Assembly (NCBI GenBank): GCA_944336625.1
Contig: CALVLF010000101.1
Coordinates: 1,029-65,028, forward strand
Direction of reading: 5' to 3'
Source of the DNA: an uncultured Clostridia bacterium
Lineage (GTDB): Bacteria; Bacillota; Clostridia; Christensenellales; CAG-138
DNA length: 64,000 bases
Both the position numbers and the translations under genes were made by a program. The notes under the pieces were generated by a model. The model had not been told where the DNA came from. It did no database searches and was given only the letters and a program-made list of their open reading frames with translations. The stretch's first letter is position 1. Every line of letters starts with the position of its first letter. This document shows, in pieces, positions 17,152 through 26,446 of the stretch.

Positions 17152-18540
17152 ATGGAAACTCAGTTGAAAAAACGATATGGCCTGCTTACTGCCATATGCA
17201 TGGTTGTGGGCATCGTCATCGGCTCCGGCGTATTCTTCAAGGCGACCCGGGTTCTGTCCAGCACCGGCGGGGACATGGGCAAAAGCCTGCTTACCGTAGG
17301 CATCGTAGGGCTGATCATGATCATCTGCTCCTATGTCTTTGCCACCCTTGCCACCCGTTATGCCCGGGTGAACGGCATTGTAGACTATGCAGAGGTCACC
17401 ATAGGCCGGACCTATGCCTACTATGTAGGCTGGTTCCTTTCCATCCTCTATTACCCTGCCCTTACTGGCTGCCTGGCCTGGGTCAGCGCCCAGTATGCCG
17501 CCATCCTCTTTGGCCTGCCCGTAGGGGGCAGCGCCCATGTGGCCCTGGGCGCCTTTTTCCTGATCTGCGGCTATGTGGTCAATGCCCTTTCCCCCCGGCT
17601 GGCCGGGCATTTCCAGGTATCCGCTACCCTGATCAAGCTGGTGCCCCTGCTGCTTATGGCCCTGGCCGGCACCATTTCCGGCCTGCGCAACGGGCTTACC
17701 ATACAGGCCTTCGATTCTGCCGCCACCGGCCTTTCCCAGTCCGGCGGCGGCGGTATTTTTGGGGGTATTGTCGCCTTTGCCTTCGCCTATGAGGGCTGGA
17801 TCATCGCCACGTCCATCAATGCAGAGCTGAAGGATTCCAAAAAGAACCTGCCCCGGGCCCTGACCCTGGGCTCCCTGATTGTGGTGCTGGTCTACCTGGG
17901 CTATTTTCTGGGGCTAACGGGGGTGCTGCCCGTTTCCCAGATCGCTGCCGCAGGGGATGACCTGCCCCGCCTGGCCTTCACCAGCCTTCTGGGGGAAGTG
18001 GGGGGCACCCTGGTCTTCGTCATCATCGTCATCTCCTGCCTGGGCACCATGAACGGCCTGATGCTGGGCTGTTGCCGGGGCGTCTATTCCCTGGCGGTGC
18101 GGGGCATGGGCCCTGCGCCCAGAATATTCTCCCAGGTGGACCCGGAAACCAATATGCCCACCAATTCCTCCATCCTGGGCCTTCTCATGTGCGGGATCAT
18201 CTATGCCTACTGGCAGGCCTGCTTTTATGAAACCCGGGTCTTGGGCACGGCAAACCTGCCTGCTTTCCTGAGCTGGGAGCCGGATGAGCTGCCCATCATC
18301 ACCCTTTATGCAGCCTATATGCCTATCTTCTTCGTTATGATGAAGCGGGAAAAGGGGCTTTCCCCCTTCAAGCGCTTCGTTATGCCCTGCCTGGGGCTGT
18401 TAAGCTGCCTGTTCATGGTATTCTGCGCCTTTTACGCCTACCGCATGGATGCTGTCTATTACCTGATGGCCTTTGCCCTGGTCATGGCCCTGGGCTGGTT
18501 TTTCAACCGGAAAAAGCGCACGGGCGGCAGCCCCTCCTAA
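17152..18540 (+). CDS. APC-superfamily amino acid permease
   Basis: The conserved part starts at METQLKKRYGLLTAICMVVGIVIGSGVFFKA (a typical APC N-terminal motif), with about 12 TM segments. The track ORF start at 16789 reads through repeat R2 and was rejected. Confidence 0.9.
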   Translation: METQLKKRYGLLTAICMVVGIVIGSGVFFKATRVLSSTGGDMGKSLLTVGIVGLIMIICSYVFATLATRYARVNGIVDYAEVTIGRTYAYYVGWFLSILYYPALTGCLAWVSAQYAAILFGLPVGGSAHVALGAFFLICGYVVNALSPRLAGHFQVSATLIKLVPLLLMALAGTISGLRNGLTIQAFDSAATGLSQSGGGGIFGGIVAFAFAYEGWIIATSINAELKDSKKNLPRALTLGSLIVVLVYLGYFLGLTGVLPVSQIAAAGDDLPRLAFTSLLGEVGGTLVFVIIVISCLGTMNGLMLGCCRGVYSLAVRGMGPAPRIFSQVDPETNMPTNSSILGLLMCGIIYAYWQACFYETRVLGTANLPAFLSWEPDELPIITLYAAYMPIFFVMMKREKGLSPFKRFVMPCLGLLSCLFMVFCAFYAYRMDAVYYLMAFALVMALGWFFNRKKRTGGSPS

Positions 18541-18549
18541 GGTGCCGGG

Positions 18550-20172
18550 ATGCAGCGCGCGCAGCAAGACCGTAATTTTCTCTTTGGCACCATGCTTGTC
18601 TTTGCCCTGGCCTTTATGGCCACGGGGCTGTGCCTGGGGAACCCCTTTCCCGGCCTTTGGAAAATCTGGAGCAGCGGCAATGCCCTGGTGACGGATGCCG
18701 CCGCCCGGGGGGGCCTGCCTGCCGCCCTGTTTAATGGGGGGCTTATGGCCCTTCTCTCCGGAACGGTGCTGTTTTTTGCCGGCGCCCGTCCCGCGGGCCG
18801 GGCCTTTTCCCCCTTCTTCGCCTGCTTGGCCACAGGCCTTCTGGGGGCCAACCCCCTTACGGCCCTGCCCATTCTCCTGGGAGGGCTGCTATATGCTGCC
18901 GTCCGCCGGGAGCCCATGGGCCGGGTTCTGCCTTATACCCTCCAGGGCTTTGCCCTTACCCCGGCGGTAGCCGCCTTTTACCAGGGCAGTACCGGCCACC
19001 CCACCCCCTGGAGCATCCTCCTGGGGATCTTCGCCGGCCTTACCGCCGGCTTTTTCTGCCGGCCGCTGGCCCTCAGCACCCGGCCCGTGCACCAGGGTTT
19101 CAATCTGTATTCCATGGGTCTTCCCCTGGGGGTGATGGCGCCTATCCTCTTTGGCGTTTATGAAGCCCTTACCGGCCTGCCCCCCAGCCTCTCCTGGAAC
19201 CATACCCAGCACCTCATAACCGGCCAGGCCTATCCCCAGGTTTATTTGCCCCTGCTGGCCCTCCTCTTTGGGGGGCTATGCCTGGCGGGACTGCTCCTGG
19301 GCCGGTCCGGGGGCGCTTCCTATTCCGCCCTGCTGGCCCATGCTGGCCTGGAGGCGGATTTTCTCTCCCTGTTCGGCCTTTCCGGCCTGCTGCTGAATAT
19401 GGGGGTTATGGGCTTGCTGTTCCTGGGGGTTTTTGTTCTGTTTTCTATCCCTCTGGATGGCCTGGCCCTGGCCGCCCTGTTCTTCGGCCTTTGCTGCAGC
19501 GGCGCCGGCGCCCATCCGCGAAATATTGCCCCGATCTTCCTGGGCTATTGCCTGGCTGCCCTGTTTATGCGCCTGCCCCTGCGCACCCCCTCCCTGGTAA
19601 TGGGCTTGGGTTTTTCCGCAGGCCTGGCCCCCCTGGGCAGCAAGACCCGGCTGCCCTATGGAATCCTGGCCGGTTTTTTCCATGCCTGCCTCATGCCTTC
19701 CATCCTGGGTTATGGCGGGGGCTTCAACCTTATGACCGGTTCCCTGGCCTGCGCCATGGTAGCCCTGGCCCTCTTTCCCATGCTGCGCCGCTCCCGCCAG
19801 CGCTATGAACGGCGGGCCTGGGAAGCTGAAGCCAGCATGCCTCCCCAAAAAGAGCCGGAACCGGGCCCAGGCCTTCCCGAGGCCCCCCGGCCTGCCCGGA
19901 GCCCCGGCTTCTTTCTGCGGCTGCGGAATATCTTCGCCTGCCTGGCAGCCCTGCTTTTTATCCTGACCCTGGTTCCCGGCATGGGGCTGGGAGATTCCAG
20001 CAGCCGCCTGCGGGCTCTGGCTTACATCCTGGGAGCCGTGGCCTATGGGGCGGAAATTCTCATGCTCACTCATTTTTTTCAAAAAAAAGCCCCCCTGCAG
20101 GAAATGCTCATGCCCTATCTCTTCGGCGTCCTATATATAGCATTGGGCCTGGGCTATCTGCTGGGCCATTGA
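18550..20172 (+). CDS. Polytopic integral membrane protein of unknown function (possibly DUF1576-like)
   Basis: 540 aa and very hydrophobic (more than 10 predicted TM segments). A P/E-rich linker is followed by a 3-TM C-terminal module. It starts 10 nt after the permease stop with AAGGTG RBS. The family assignment is tentative. Confidence 0.65.
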   Translation: MQRAQQDRNFLFGTMLVFALAFMATGLCLGNPFPGLWKIWSSGNALVTDAAARGGLPAALFNGGLMALLSGTVLFFAGARPAGRAFSPFFACLATGLLGANPLTALPILLGGLLYAAVRREPMGRVLPYTLQGFALTPAVAAFYQGSTGHPTPWSILLGIFAGLTAGFFCRPLALSTRPVHQGFNLYSMGLPLGVMAPILFGVYEALTGLPPSLSWNHTQHLITGQAYPQVYLPLLALLFGGLCLAGLLLGRSGGASYSALLAHAGLEADFLSLFGLSGLLLNMGVMGLLFLGVFVLFSIPLDGLALAALFFGLCCSGAGAHPRNIAPIFLGYCLAALFMRLPLRTPSLVMGLGFSAGLAPLGSKTRLPYGILAGFFHACLMPSILGYGGGFNLMTGSLACAMVALALFPMLRRSRQRYERRAWEAEASMPPQKEPEPGPGLPEAPRPARSPGFFLRLRNIFACLAALLFILTLVPGMGLGDSSSRLRALAYILGAVAYGAEILMLTHFFQKKAPLQEMLMPYLFGVLYIALGLGYLLGH

Positions 20173-20220
20173 GCCCGGCCGGTATGCAAAAAAATGATAT
20201 CCCTATAAGTAAAATCCCTA

Positions 20221-20250
20221 TTCTGAAGGAGATATAAAACGTGGTATTAT
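20221..20250 (+). promoter_or_regulatory. Candidate extended -10 promoter for purA-purB
   Basis: TGgTATTAT at 20242-20250. The -35 region is poor (TTCTGA). It lies about 40 nt upstream of the purA ATG. Confidence 0.35.
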
Positions 20251-20287
20251 AGGAATGTACCCAAGAGAACAAAAGGAGGAAGCAACT

Positions 20288-21562
20288 ATGGCGAATTGCG
20301 CGATCGTAGGCGTCAACTGGGGTGATGAAGGCAAGGGCCGCATGGTGGACCTGCTGGCCAGCGATTATGACGTGGTGGTGCGCTATCAGGGAGGGAACAA
20401 CGCAGGGCATACGGTTATCAACCAATATGGCAAGTTTGCTCTGCATCTGCTTCCCAGCGGTATTTTCCGGCCGGAAGTGATCAACGTGCTGGGCAATGGT
20501 ACAGTGATCGACCCGGAAGCCCTGCTGGGGGAGATGGAATCCCTGCGCCAGGCGGGAGTCAGCCTGACCCCGGATAATTTCAAAATCAGCGACCGGGCTA
20601 CCATCGTATTCCCCTTCCACCGGGCCCAGGATTCCCTGGAGGAGGAACGGCTCAAGGATGCGAAATACGGCTCCACCAAGCGGGGCATTGCGCCGGTTTA
20701 CAGCGATAAATTCCAGAAAAAGACCATTATGATGGGCGAATTGCTGGATATGGATTATCTGGCGGGCCGCTTGAAGGGCATTCTGGAATGGAAAAACCTT
20801 ACCATCGAAAAGGTCTATGGGGCCCAGCCCTATGATTTCCAGGAGATGCTCAATTGGCTGGAAAAGTTCGGAGGCCAGCTCCGTCCCTATATCTGCGATG
20901 TGGGGAGCGTGCTGCGCAAGGCCCAGCTCAGGGGCAAGAGCATCCTCTTTGAGGCCCAGCTGGGCGCCCTAAGGGATATTGACTATGGCATTTACCCCTA
21001 TACCTCCTCCTCCACCCCCCTGGCGGCCTATGCGCCCATCGGCTGCGGCGCGCCGGATCTGCGGGTAGATGAGGTACTGGGCGTCGTAAAGGCCTATTCC
21101 ACCTGCGTGGGCGAGGGGCCCTTCGTAGCGGAATGGTTTGGCCCGGAGGCGGAAAAGCTCCGGGAAGCCGGCGGGGAATATGGCGCCGCTACCGGCCGGC
21201 CCCGGCGGGTAGGCCCCCTGGATATCGTGGCTACCCGCTATGGTGTGAAGGTCCAGGGCGCTACCTCCATCGCCCTGACCAAGCTGGACGTCCTATCCTA
21301 TATGGAAGAGATCCCCGTCTGCACCGAATATTCCATCGACGGGAAAACCACCGGGGATTTCCCCTTCCCTTCCGCCCTTGCAAAGGCCCAGCCCGTTTTT
21401 GAAACGCTGCCCGGCTGGGGCTGCGATATCAGCGGCGTGCGCCATTGGGAGGACCTGCCAGAGGCGGCCCGGGATTATGTCCTGTATATCGAAGATCAAA
21501 TCGGCTGCGCCATCTCCTACGTTTCCGTAGGGGCGGATCGGGACGCCATCATCGAGCGGTAA
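20288..21562 (+). CDS. purA: Adenylosuccinate synthase
   Basis: MANCAIVGVNWGDEGKGRMVDLL... (P-loop GDEGKGK-type). GNNAGHT and TTGRPRR-like ATGRPRRVG motifs are present. RBS AAAAGGAGGA. Confidence 0.95.
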   Translation: MANCAIVGVNWGDEGKGRMVDLLASDYDVVVRYQGGNNAGHTVINQYGKFALHLLPSGIFRPEVINVLGNGTVIDPEALLGEMESLRQAGVSLTPDNFKISDRATIVFPFHRAQDSLEEERLKDAKYGSTKRGIAPVYSDKFQKKTIMMGELLDMDYLAGRLKGILEWKNLTIEKVYGAQPYDFQEMLNWLEKFGGQLRPYICDVGSVLRKAQLRGKSILFEAQLGALRDIDYGIYPYTSSSTPLAAYAPIGCGAPDLRVDEVLGVVKAYSTCVGEGPFVAEWFGPEAEKLREAGGEYGAATGRPRRVGPLDIVATRYGVKVQGATSIALTKLDVLSYMEEIPVCTEYSIDGKTTGDFPFPSALAKAQPVFETLPGWGCDISGVRHWEDLPEAARDYVLYIEDQIGCAISYVSVGADRDAIIER

Positions 21563-21565
21563 GCC

Positions 21566-22981
21566 ATGAAAGACCGCTATGAAAGCCCCCTTGCGGGCCG
21601 CTATGCCTCCAGGGCCATGCAGGCCCTCTTCTCCCCGGATTCCCGCTATGGCCTCTGGCGCAGACTCTGGGCGGAGCTGGCCCGGGTAGAGCATGAACTG
21701 GGCCTGCCTATTACCCAGGAGCAGGTGGAGGAGCTACGCGCCCATGCCAATGACCCCATCGATTACGAAGCCGTAGCCGCCCGGGAAAGGCTGGTGCGCC
21801 ATGACGTCATGGCCCATATTCACGTCTTTGGCCAGGCCTGCCCCAAGGCTGCGGGTATCATCCATCTGGGGGCTACCAGCTGCTATGTAACGGATAATGC
21901 AGACCTGATCCTTTACCGGGACGCCCTCCGCCTGCTGGAAGGGCAGCTTAAGGCCACCCTGGAGGCCCTGGCTAAATTCGCGGCGAAAAACCGGGATGTA
22001 GCCACCCCCGGCTATACCCACTTTCAGCCGGCCCAGCCTGTAACGGTAGGGAAGCGGGCCTGCCTATGGATGCAGGATCTTATGCTGGATCTGGAGGAGC
22101 TGCAGGATGTGCTCCGCTCCCTCCGCTTCCTGGGCTGCCGGGGCACCACCGGCACGGAGGCCAGCTTTTTGGAGCTTTTCAACGGGGACAGGGCCAAAAT
22201 CGACGAGATGAACCGCCGCCTTGCGCAGGCCTTTGGCTTTTCCCGCTGCTATCCCGTTTGCGGCCAGACCTACCCCCGCAAGGCGGATAGCCGCATCCTT
22301 TCCCTCCTTTCCTCCATCGCCCAAAGCGCTTACCGCTTTGCCGGGGATATCCGCCTTTTGCAGCATGAGCGCCAGGTGGAGGAGCCCTTTGAGGAAAGCC
22401 AGGTGGGCTCCTCTGCCATGGCCTATAAGCGGAACCCCATGCGCTCGGAGCGGATCTGCGCCCTGGCCCGCTTCGTCATGGCCGATGCCCTCAACGGGCC
22501 TATGACCGCCTCTTCCCAGTGGCTAGAGCGGACGCTGGATGATTCCGCCAACCGCCGACTTTCCCTGCCCGAGGGCTTCCTGGCGGTAGATGCTATCCTG
22601 CGGCTGTATTATAACGTAGCCTCGGGCCTGGTGGTAAACCGGGCGGTAATCCGCCGGGCCATGGGGGAATATCTGCCTTTTGCCGCCACGGAAAACCTCC
22701 TCATGGAAGGGGTGAAGCGCGGGGGCGACCGGCAGGCCCTTCACGAAATCATCCGTACCCATTCCATGGCCGCAGCAGCCGCCAGGAAGGAAGGGAAGGA
22801 TTGCGACCTCCTAGCCCGGCTGGGCTCGGACCCGGCCTTCCCCCTTTCCCGGGAAGAGATCGACGCCCTGCTGGACCCCCAGGCCTTCATCGGCCGGGCG
22901 CCGGAGCAGGTGGATGCCTTCCTGCAGGAAATCCAGCCCCTTCTTTCCGGGGCCGCCGAGATGGAAGAGGTGGGCCTGTAG
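21566..22981 (+). CDS. purB: Adenylosuccinate lyase
   Basis: 471 aa. MKDRYESPLAGRYAS N-terminus, fumarate-lyase signature GSSAMAYKRNP, and a C-terminal ADSL domain. Confidence 0.95.
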   Translation: MKDRYESPLAGRYASRAMQALFSPDSRYGLWRRLWAELARVEHELGLPITQEQVEELRAHANDPIDYEAVAARERLVRHDVMAHIHVFGQACPKAAGIIHLGATSCYVTDNADLILYRDALRLLEGQLKATLEALAKFAAKNRDVATPGYTHFQPAQPVTVGKRACLWMQDLMLDLEELQDVLRSLRFLGCRGTTGTEASFLELFNGDRAKIDEMNRRLAQAFGFSRCYPVCGQTYPRKADSRILSLLSSIAQSAYRFAGDIRLLQHERQVEEPFEESQVGSSAMAYKRNPMRSERICALARFVMADALNGPMTASSQWLERTLDDSANRRLSLPEGFLAVDAILRLYYNVASGLVVNRAVIRRAMGEYLPFAATENLLMEGVKRGGDRQALHEIIRTHSMAAAAARKEGKDCDLLARLGSDPAFPLSREEIDALLDPQAFIGRAPEQVDAFLQEIQPLLSGAAEMEEVGL

Positions 22982-23450
22982 CCCTTTGCCGCAATAAAAA
23001 GCGCCCTCTTTGGAGCGGCGCTGCAATAGAACGCCGGCTCCTTTGGAGAGGTGCGGAATTACAAAAGGACGGAGGTATCCCCCCCGCCCTTTTTTATGCT
23101 TTATGCAGGATGAAGTTGCTGCAGGGCATCGCCGGAATCCGCGCCCTGGCGCCTTTGCTGTTCTCCGTGCCGTATGGAGCGCAAGGGTTTCCTTCCGGCG
23201 GGCAGTGGATGCTTTCAAAGGGGCGAAAAGATATTTCTTCGTCCCCTTTTTTTATGACGAAGACGGGATGATAACATTGGTTTGGCCCGTCCCCCTGTGG
23301 AGTTCTGGAAATAAGGGCCCGCCTTTCCATCCTGGCCCGCCGGAAAGGCGCTAGCTCCTTTTTTTTGTTCCTGCTACTTGGCGCCCCATAAAAACGGTGC
23401 GGAGGAATGGCTCCGCCGCATGGCTCGGACAGGATCCAGGGCGGATAAGA

Positions 23451-23474
23451 AAAAGCCGCTTGCAGCGGCCTTTC
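23451..23474 (-). terminator. Rho-independent terminator after the DUF2461 gene
   Basis: Reverse strand: GGCCGCT-gca-AGCGGC followed by TTTTTC, starting 4 nt after the stop at 23478. Confidence 0.6.
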
Positions 23475-23477
23475 ATC

Positions 23478-24146
23478 CTACATGCCTACACAAAACCGGT
23501 ACAGCGGCCCCAGTTCCAGGAAGGCGGCCCGAACCTCATCCAGCAGCTCCGGCTTAAGGGTGGGAGTTAGGCGCTGGTGAAAGCACTCCCAGCCGATCCC
23601 TTTGTGGTTTAAGTAGGGCTTCAGCTCCTCCGGCGTGCCCGGCGGGGTATGGTCCCGCTTATAGGCAGGGCCCGTAAGGGCGTATTTTTCCATGCCCGGC
23701 CCCATAACCAGGGCGCGGAAGCCCGCCGGGTCTGCCAGAATCCGCTGGCGCAGGGCGGCCATAGCCTCCGGATTGCCGCCGTACATGCCCATGCCGTAGC
23801 CATAGCCCTGGGGCGTAATCTCAAAATACAGGACAATCCCTTCGCTTAGCCGCTGGCCCGGCCGCCGGAAGCCCAGCCAGGCATGGTCCCGATAGGGCCG
23901 CTTATCCTTTGTAAAGCGGGTATCCCGGTAAATCCGGGAAAGGATGCTGGTCATGCGGGTATTGAAGGAAGGGTCGATATCCAGGGCCGTGGGCAGCAGA
24001 TCCAGGGCCAGGGCCTCCATGGGCGCCTTTACGTTGGCCCGGTAGCGGCCCTGGTTTGCATGATAGAATTCCTTATTATTGTTGAAAGCCAGCTCGATGA
24101 GGAATTTATAGGTATCCTCATTAAACCCCTGAAAGGCCTGGGCCAT
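23478..24146 (-). CDS. DUF2461 (TIGR02453) family protein
   Basis: 222 aa. FxGFNEDTYKFLIELAFNNNKEFYHANQGRY and IYRDTRFTKDKRPYRDH are characteristic of this family. Confidence 0.85.
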   Translation of the reverse strand: MAQAFQGFNEDTYKFLIELAFNNNKEFYHANQGRYRANVKAPMEALALDLLPTALDIDPSFNTRMTSILSRIYRDTRFTKDKRPYRDHAWLGFRRPGQRLSEGIVLYFEITPQGYGYGMGMYGGNPEAMAALRQRILADPAGFRALVMGPGMEKYALTGPAYKRDHTPPGTPEELKPYLNHKGIGWECFHQRLTPTLKPELLDEVRAAFLELGPLYRFCVGM

Positions 24147-24149
24147 GGT

Positions 24150-25055
24150 TCACACCCCTTCCCGGCGGGCAGCGGCCGCCATATTCTTTTCCGGAAGCTG
24201 GGAAAGGACCAGGGCCCCCAAAATCAGCAGGCAACCCATCCCCGTCCGGGCCGTAAAGGGCTCCCCCAGAAGCAGCACGCCAAAAAGGCAGCCAAAGGCC
24301 GATTCCGTGCTCATAAACAGGGAAGCATAGGCCGGAGAGGCATATTTTATGCCGATGTTCATCATGGTGAGGGCCAGGAGGGTAGCGCAGATGCCGCAAT
24401 AGGCTAGCTCCCCGATCATATCCGCCGTAAAGGCGGCGGGGAAGGTTTCAAAGCAAAGGCCGGCGATCCAGGCCAAGGCCGCCGCAAAGACGAATTGCAG
24501 GCAGGTGAGCTGCATAACGTCCTCCTCCTTAAAGGCATCCACCACGCAGATGTGGAGGGCATACAGGATGCCGCAGAGGAATGTCAGCAAATCCCCCATG
24601 TTTATGCCGCCCTCCCCCTCCAGAGAAAGGAGGGCGATGCCCAGGAGCATCAGCAGAGCCGCTCCCATGATCCGCCGGCCCGGCCGCACCCCTTTCCAGG
24701 CCCAGAGCAGCAGCGGCACCAGCACCACGTATACGGCGGTAATCAGGGCATTTTTTCCCGCCGTAGTAAACATTAAACCGTAGGTCTGGGTGGCAAAGGC
24801 GCTGTAGATGCAGGCCCCCGCCGCCATTCCCCCTAAAACGGTCCGCCGGCGGAGGGGCCGCCGCCGGGAAAAGAGGCAATAGGAAAGGCCCAGGGCCCCA
24901 ATGGTAAAGCGGAAGGCCAGCAGATAGTTGGTCGATATGGAGCTGAGGGCGCTTTTCATGGCCACAAAGCCCCCGCCCCAGAGGGCCCCCGTGAGAAGGA
25001 GCATACAATTTGCCAGGCGGCGCCTGGCTTTTTCATTCAGTCGCATCATATCCAT
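24150..25055 (-). CDS. DMT-superfamily (EamA-type) transporter
   Basis: 10-TM protein with two EamA repeats. I prefer the start MDMMRLNEK (about 301 aa, the typical size). The longer track ORF (to 25163) would overlap the divergent promoter at 25127-25155. The start remains uncertain. Confidence 0.8.
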   Translation of the reverse strand: MDMMRLNEKARRRLANCMLLLTGALWGGGFVAMKSALSSISTNYLLAFRFTIGALGLSYCLFSRRRPLRRRTVLGGMAAGACIYSAFATQTYGLMFTTAGKNALITAVYVVLVPLLLWAWKGVRPGRRIMGAALLMLLGIALLSLEGEGGINMGDLLTFLCGILYALHICVVDAFKEEDVMQLTCLQFVFAAALAWIAGLCFETFPAAFTADMIGELAYCGICATLLALTMMNIGIKYASPAYASLFMSTESAFGCLFGVLLLGEPFTARTGMGCLLILGALVLSQLPEKNMAAAARREGV

Positions 25056-25126
25056 GCCCACCACTATAGCACAGCCCGCCCCGAGGGGCAAGCCCGGGAA
25101 TTGGCCAAAAAATTTTTCCAGTCCCA

Positions 25127-25155
25127 TTGACAGCGGGATGCCGGCGTGGTATTCT
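25127..25155 (+). promoter_or_regulatory. Sigma-A type promoter for the GntR-ABC operon
   Basis: TTGACA (25127-25132), a 17-nt spacer, then TATTCT (25150-25155) with the TG of an extended -10 at 25147-25148. An inverted repeat TAACT-n4-AGTTA (25179-25192) lies between this promoter and the RBS. Confidence 0.5.
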
Positions 25156-25220
25156 AGTCTCATGGTTAATTGCTCAAGTAACTAACCAGTTAACACGAGA
25201 AACAGAAAGGAGGTACCCGC

Positions 25221-25592
25221 TTGTTCGGAAGCAATGATGGGGAACGGCCCCTGTTTTTGCAGGTAGAGACCCTGCTGGAGGAGGCCATCCTCTCCGGGGC
25301 TTATCCGGAGGAGGGCCAGATTCCCTCCATTACGGAGCTTTCCGTAAGCTGTAAGATCAACCCCGCCACCGCCTTAAAGGGCGTAAACCTGCTGGTGGAA
25401 AGGGGGCTGGTCTATAAAAAGCGGGGTTTGGGCATGTTCGTTGCGCCAGGCGCCAGGGAGCGCCTTCAGGAGGAAAGGCGGCGGCAGTTTTTTGCCGGGT
25501 ATATCCAGCCCCTTCTTGCAGAGGCGGAAAAGCTGGGATTCACCCGGGAGATGGTAGCCAAAATGATATGGGAAGGAGGGGACGAAGCATGA
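25221..25592 (+). CDS. GntR-family transcriptional regulator, YtrA subfamily
   Basis: 123 aa. TTG start with AAAGGAGG RBS. wHTH motif QIPSITELSVSCKINPATALKGVNLLVERGLVYKKRGLGMFV. The short C-terminal helical region is typical of YtrA-type regulators. Confidence 0.9.
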   Translation: MFGSNDGERPLFLQVETLLEEAILSGAYPEEGQIPSITELSVSCKINPATALKGVNLLVERGLVYKKRGLGMFVAPGARERLQEERRRQFFAGYIQPLLAEAEKLGFTREMVAKMIWEGGDEA

Positions 25593-26446
25593 TGCAGCTT
25601 GTGAATATTTCCAAGTCCTTCGGCCGCGTTCAGGCGCTCAGCGGGGTCAGCCTTACCCTGGAGGGAACGGGCATCTATGGCCTGCTGGGCAATAACGGGG
25701 CGGGCAAAACCACCCTTTTGAATATCCTCACCAGCCGCATCTTCCCCGATGGGGGCAGCCTTACCCTGGATGGCCAGCCCATGCTGGATAGGGACGAGGC
25801 CCTGAGCCAGATTTTCATGATGGGGGAGCTGAACCTTTACCCGGAGGATATGCGGGTGCGCCGGGCCCTGGAGATAACGGGCTATATGTATCCCCGCTTC
25901 CGCATGGAGGAGGCGCTGGCCCTGGGGGAGCGCTTTGGCCTGAACCTGAAAAGCCGGATCACCGCCCTTTCCACGGGTTACCGCTCCATCTTTCGCATCG
26001 TTACAGCCCTTTCCGTCCATACTCCTTACCTGCTGCTGGATGAGCCGGTATTGGGCCTGGATGCCCGGCACAGGGATCTTTTTTACAAGCTGCTGCTGGA
26101 ATCCTATGGCAATGACCCCCGCTGCATCCTGCTTTCCACCCACCTGATTCAGGAGGCGGAGCCCCTCATCGAGGAGGCGGTTATCCTCCAGGCGGGCCGC
26201 ATCCTGCGCCAGGGCTCTGTGGAAAAGCTGCTTTCCGGGGCATATCAGCTTTCCGGCCCAGCCGGGCTGGTGGATAATTTCCTGGGAAGCCGCAAGCCCC
26301 TGGCCCAAACCAGCCTGGGGGGCCTGAAAACCGTCTATCTGGAAGGGGCCCGCCCCCAAAGCTGCCCCGCCGGGCTGGAAATTTCCCCCGCCGGGCTCCA
26401 AGGCTACTTTATCGCCCTGATGGAAGAGGAGGAAAGTAAATGCTAA
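25589..26446 (+). CDS. ABC transporter ATP-binding protein
   Basis: Walker A GNNGAGKTT, signature LSTGYRS, Walker B LLLDEP. Its ATG overlaps the regulator stop (ATGA). Confidence 0.9.
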   Translation: MMQLVNISKSFGRVQALSGVSLTLEGTGIYGLLGNNGAGKTTLLNILTSRIFPDGGSLTLDGQPMLDRDEALSQIFMMGELNLYPEDMRVRRALEITGYMYPRFRMEEALALGERFGLNLKSRITALSTGYRSIFRIVTALSVHTPYLLLDEPVLGLDARHRDLFYKLLLESYGNDPRCILLSTHLIQEAEPLIEEAVILQAGRILRQGSVEKLLSGAYQLSGPAGLVDNFLGSRKPLAQTSLGGLKTVYLEGARPQSCPAGLEISPAGLQGYFIALMEEEESKC

